A stretch of DNA of 64,000 nt from an uncultured Bacteroides sp. (GTDB taxonomy: Bacteria > Bacteroidota > Bacteroidia > Bacteroidales > UBA11471). Positions 61,285 through 64,000 of the stretch are shown here, piece after piece. Under the pieces are notes generated by a model that saw only the letters and a program-made list of their open reading frames with translations, was not told the origin of the DNA and did not search any database. The DNA lies in contig OZ007034.1 of assembly GCA_963931635.1 (NCBI GenBank), positions 2,521,285-2,585,284 of the forward strand. The letters are read 5' to 3'. The translations under genes and the position numbers were made by a program. Position 1 is the stretch's first letter. Every line of letters begins with the position of its first letter.

Positions 61285-61349
61285 TCAATGAGTTGGTAAT
61301 CTCATCGCAAAAAACCATATTTGCATTTTGTCGTTGGCTTTCCATTTCT

Positions 61350-61357
61350 TATCTTTG
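61350..61357 (+). promoter_or_regulatory. -7 box (TAnnTTTG) for nfo
   Basis: tatctttg, 43 nt upstream of the ATG at 61400. Confidence 0.45.
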
Positions 61358-61399
61358 TCTTATTATGAACCGAAGAAAATCTATAAAACCATCTAAAAT

Positions 61400-62251
61400 A
61401 TGAAATACATCGGCGCACACGTCAGTGCATCGGGCGGAGTGGAAAATGCCCCTGAAAACGCGCACCGCATAGGAGCTACGGCATTTGCCCTGTTTACCAA
61501 GAACCAACGTCAGTGGGTGTCGGCACCCCTCAGTGAGAAAAGTATCGCTCTGTTTAAGGAGCGGTGCCTGACCTATGGCTACACTCCGGCACAGATTCTC
61601 CCCCACGACAGCTACCTCATCAACCTGGGACACCCGCAGGCCGAAGGGCTGGAAAAATCGCGGGCCGCATTTCTCGACGAAATGCAACGCTGCGAGCAGC
61701 TGGGACTGACACTGTTGAACTTCCACCCCGGCTCACACCTGAAAGAGATATCGGTCGACGCCTGCCTCGACCGCATTTCCGAGTCGATAAACCGCACACT
61801 CGACCAGACCCACGGGGTAACGGCTGTGATTGAAAACACGGCGGGACAGGGCTCCAATGTCGGATTCCGTTTTGAACATCTTGCCCACATCATCGACAAG
61901 GTCGAAGACAAAAGCCGTGTGGGTATCTGCATCGACACCTGTCATACCCTGGCCGGAGGATATGACCTCATCTCGGAAGATGGTTTCGAACAAACATTCA
62001 GACAACTGGACGAAATCGTCGGGCTTCACTACCTGCGGGGCATGCACATCAACGATTCCAAGAAAGGGATCACCTCTCATGTCGACCGCCATGAAGTTCT
62101 GCGCGAAGGTACCCTGGGTGCCGACCTCTTTAAGCGTATTATGGCCGACAAACGATTCGACGGGATTCCTCTCATTCTCGAAACACCCGACGAAAGCCGC
62201 TGGCCCGAAGAGATTGAATGGCTCAAAACTCTCGCAGGCGAAACCGCATAA
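61400..62251 (+). CDS. nfo: Endonuclease IV (deoxyribonuclease IV)
   Basis: 283 aa. [38 protein letters not shown] and HINDSK (TIM-barrel, Zn ligands). Confidence 0.95.
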   Translation: MKYIGAHVSASGGVENAPENAHRIGATAFALFTKNQRQWVSAPLSEKSIALFKERCLTYGYTPAQILPHDSYLINLGHPQAEGLEKSRAAFLDEMQRCEQLGLTLLNFHPGSHLKEISVDACLDRISESINRTLDQTHGVTAVIENTAGQGSNVGFRFEHLAHIIDKVEDKSRVGICIDTCHTLAGGYDLISEDGFEQTFRQLDEIVGLHYLRGMHINDSKKGITSHVDRHEVLREGTLGADLFKRIMADKRFDGIPLILETPDESRWPEEIEWLKTLAGETA

Positions 62252-62286
62252 AATTCTTTACATACCCATTTTTCCACCAGGCGACG

Positions 62287-62328
62287 AACGATGCCGGACT
62301 GCATTTTTGTGGCCCGGCATCGTTTTAT
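62287..62328 (+). terminator. Rho-independent terminator after nfo
   Basis: aacgatgccgg (62287-62297) pairs with ccggcatcgtt (62314-62324), followed by ttat. Confidence 0.65.
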
Positions 62329-62482
62329 ACAGAAATGAATCTCTGCCGTTTATCACTTTTTGACCATAACGGGAACAAAAATTCCACCTAATTTGTAAAA
62401 AAAAATAAAACACTCATTTTTCATATTTTATTCTTGGCAAAAGATTTTTTTTCTAAATAACTTTACGATGTTAAAAATTACC

Positions 62483-64000
62483 ATGAAATACTATATTCTC
62501 TTATTTTTTACATGGGCAGCCCTCACCTGTCTGTCGGCTCAACAAGCAGGGAGAGGCGTACACTATACGGGGAAAGAGTTATCCAATCCATACTTCCACG
62601 ACGGGCAACTCTCGCCAGCCGTCGGTATACACAACATACAGTTGCTACGTGCCAACCGCGACAGCATTTCGCCCCGTTACAACTACGGCTGGACCTATAA
62701 CCACCAGCCGATGATGTGCCATTGGAACGGCCGCTTCTATGTACACTTCCTGTGCGACAGTACCGATGAACATATCCCTCCCTCGCGCACCATGCTGATG
62801 ACATCGACCGACGGTTACCGGTGGGAAGCCCCTGTCGTTCTTTTCCCCACCTACAAGGTACCCGACGGATTTACCAAGGCCGGCCGCAGCGACCGGGCCA
62901 AGAACCTGCTGGCCATCATGCACCAGCGGGTGGGATTCTATGTCGCCTCCAACGGCCGCCTGCTCGCCACGGGCAATTACGGCATAGCCCTCGACCGGAA
63001 AGACGACCCCAACGATGGAAACGGCATAGGACGTGTCGTGCGGGAAATCAAGAAAGACGGCACATTCGGGCCTATCCATTTTGTCTACTACAACCACAAC
63101 TTCAACGAGAAGAATACCGACTATCCCTTCTACACCCGCTCGCGCGACAAAGGTTTCGTAAAGGCCTGCCGGGAGATGATGGACAACCCGCTCTACCGTA
63201 TGCAGATGGTCGAAGAGTCAGACCGCAACGATCCGATGCTTCCATTGAAAAATCCGTATAAAGCCTTCTGCTACTATTACCTGCCCGACCACCGCGTCGT
63301 GGGGCTGTGGAAACACGCCCTCACCTCTATCAGCAACGATGGGGGCGCCACATGGCAGCAACCGGTCGTGCGCGCCCCGGGCTTTGTAAACAGCAACGCC
63401 AAAATATGGGGACAGCAACTGAGCGACAGCACCTACGCTACGGTATACAATCCGGCCGAGTATCGCTGGCCGCTGGCTATCTCACTGAGCAGCGACGGAC
63501 TGGAATATACAACACTCAATCTCGTTCACGGCATCGTTCCACCCCTACGGTACGGAGGCAACTACAAAAGCTTCGGACCCCAGTATGCCCGAGGCATACT
63601 GCCCGGCAACGGGACTCCGCCCGACGGCGACTTATGGGTTGCATACAGTGTGGGGAAAGAAGATATGTGGATAAGCCATATTCCCGTGCCCGTACGCGAG
63701 CGCGTAACCCAATATGTGCAAGACGACATCAGCCCGGCTACCCGGTTGTCTGATCTGCGGGAATGGAATCTCTACTGCGGCCTGGCCACGCCGCTATCGC
63801 TCGAACACAAAGCCGACCGGCAATGGCTCACTCTCGCCGACCGCGACCCCTTCTCCTATGCGCTGGCCAAACGGAAAGTGCCGGAGAGCCGCATGCTGAG
63901 AGTGGCCTTTGACCTCATGGCCGAGCAGGTGGGGCACGGAAATCTGCAAATCGACTTTGCCGATGCCAAAGGAACCCCCTGCGCACGGATTGAACTTACC
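62483..64000 (+). CDS. Secreted BNR/Asp-box (sialidase-fold-like) protein; 5' part only, runs off the window end
   Basis: My own translation from the ATG at 62483 is open to position 64000 (506 codons). Signal peptide MKYYILLFFTWAALTCLSAQQ. Asp-box SISNDGGATWQQP and a degenerate SLSSDGLEY. It is absent from the ORF track because it is open-ended. Confidence 0.72.
   Translation, partial: MKYYILLFFTWAALTCLSAQQAGRGVHYTGKELSNPYFHDGQLSPAVGIHNIQLLRANRDSISPRYNYGWTYNHQPMMCHWNGRFYVHFLCDSTDEHIPPSRTMLMTSTDGYRWEAPVVLFPTYKVPDGFTKAGRSDRAKNLLAIMHQRVGFYVASNGRLLATGNYGIALDRKDDPNDGNGIGRVVREIKKDGTFGPIHFVYYNHNFNEKNTDYPFYTRSRDKGFVKACREMMDNPLYRMQMVEESDRNDPMLPLKNPYKAFCYYYLPDHRVVGLWKHALTSISNDGGATWQQPVVRAPGFVNSNAKIWGQQLSDSTYATVYNPAEYRWPLAISLSSDGLEYTTLNLVHGIVPPLRYGGNYKSFGPQYARGILPGNGTPPDGDLWVAYSVGKEDMWISHIPVPVRERVTQYVQDDISPATRLSDLREWNLYCGLATPLSLEHKADRQWLTLADRDPFSYALAKRKVPESRMLRVAFDLMAEQVGHGNLQIDFADAKGTPCARIELT

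Noticed and set aside
1-64000. Search by eye for CRISPR arrays, tRNA/rRNA genes, IS elements, integrases, toxin-antitoxin pairs or known defence-system genes
   Set aside because: I recognised none. Every ORF over 100 aa that I accept has a housekeeping, envelope or polysaccharide assignment or is a lone hypothetical. I cannot exclude small ncRNAs without covariance-model searches.

Overview
This 64-kb segment looks like a Bacteroidales (Bacteroidota) chromosome. It has a SusC/SusD-type pair, a capsule locus led by a UpxY (NusG-like) gene, many lipoprotein signal peptides, and TAnnTTTG -7 promoter boxes. I recognise about 50 protein genes. I found no rRNA, tRNA, CRISPR array, transposase or integrase. 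Layout: (1) 1-11.6 kb is housekeeping (Nif3-like, aspS, S9 peptidase, ileS, dksA/traR-like, lspA, GT2). (2) 11.7-19.0 kb is a PUL-like block on the minus strand: SusC-like (broken into 3 ORFs), SusD-like, a Cys-rich lipoprotein and a TlpA-like thioredoxin. (3) 19.2-24.1 kb holds miaA (broken), a PAP2 phosphatase fusion, an NmrA-like gene (broken) and nhaA (C-terminal frameshift). (4) 24.1-31.3 kb holds lepA, MscS, glmM, a lipoprotein, a DHH phosphoesterase and mazG. (5) 31.5-38.4 kb is a four-gene secreted/outer-membrane operon whose last gene encodes about 960 aa built from five tandem beta-barrel-like modules. This is my best candidate for an undescribed system. (6) glmS follows. (7) 40.3-58.7 kb is a capsule/O-antigen-type locus (UpxY, WecA-like, Wza, Wzc, Ugd, Wzx, Wzy, 6 GTs, 3 acyl/acetyltransferases, a CapK-like ligase) with a very AT-rich central cassette. 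(8) 58.7-64 kb holds a TrmH-like methyltransferase, Fe-ADH, a membrane protein, nfo and a GC-rich BNR/Asp-box protein that runs off the window. Other items worth a second look: a perfect 19-nt direct repeat that sits exactly on the frame breaks of two different genes 2 kb apart; six single-nucleotide frame disruptions clustered in 17.2-22.9 kb; and an acyltransferase broken at A7 and G7 homopolymers. All family calls come from reading the translations by eye. No database search was run.
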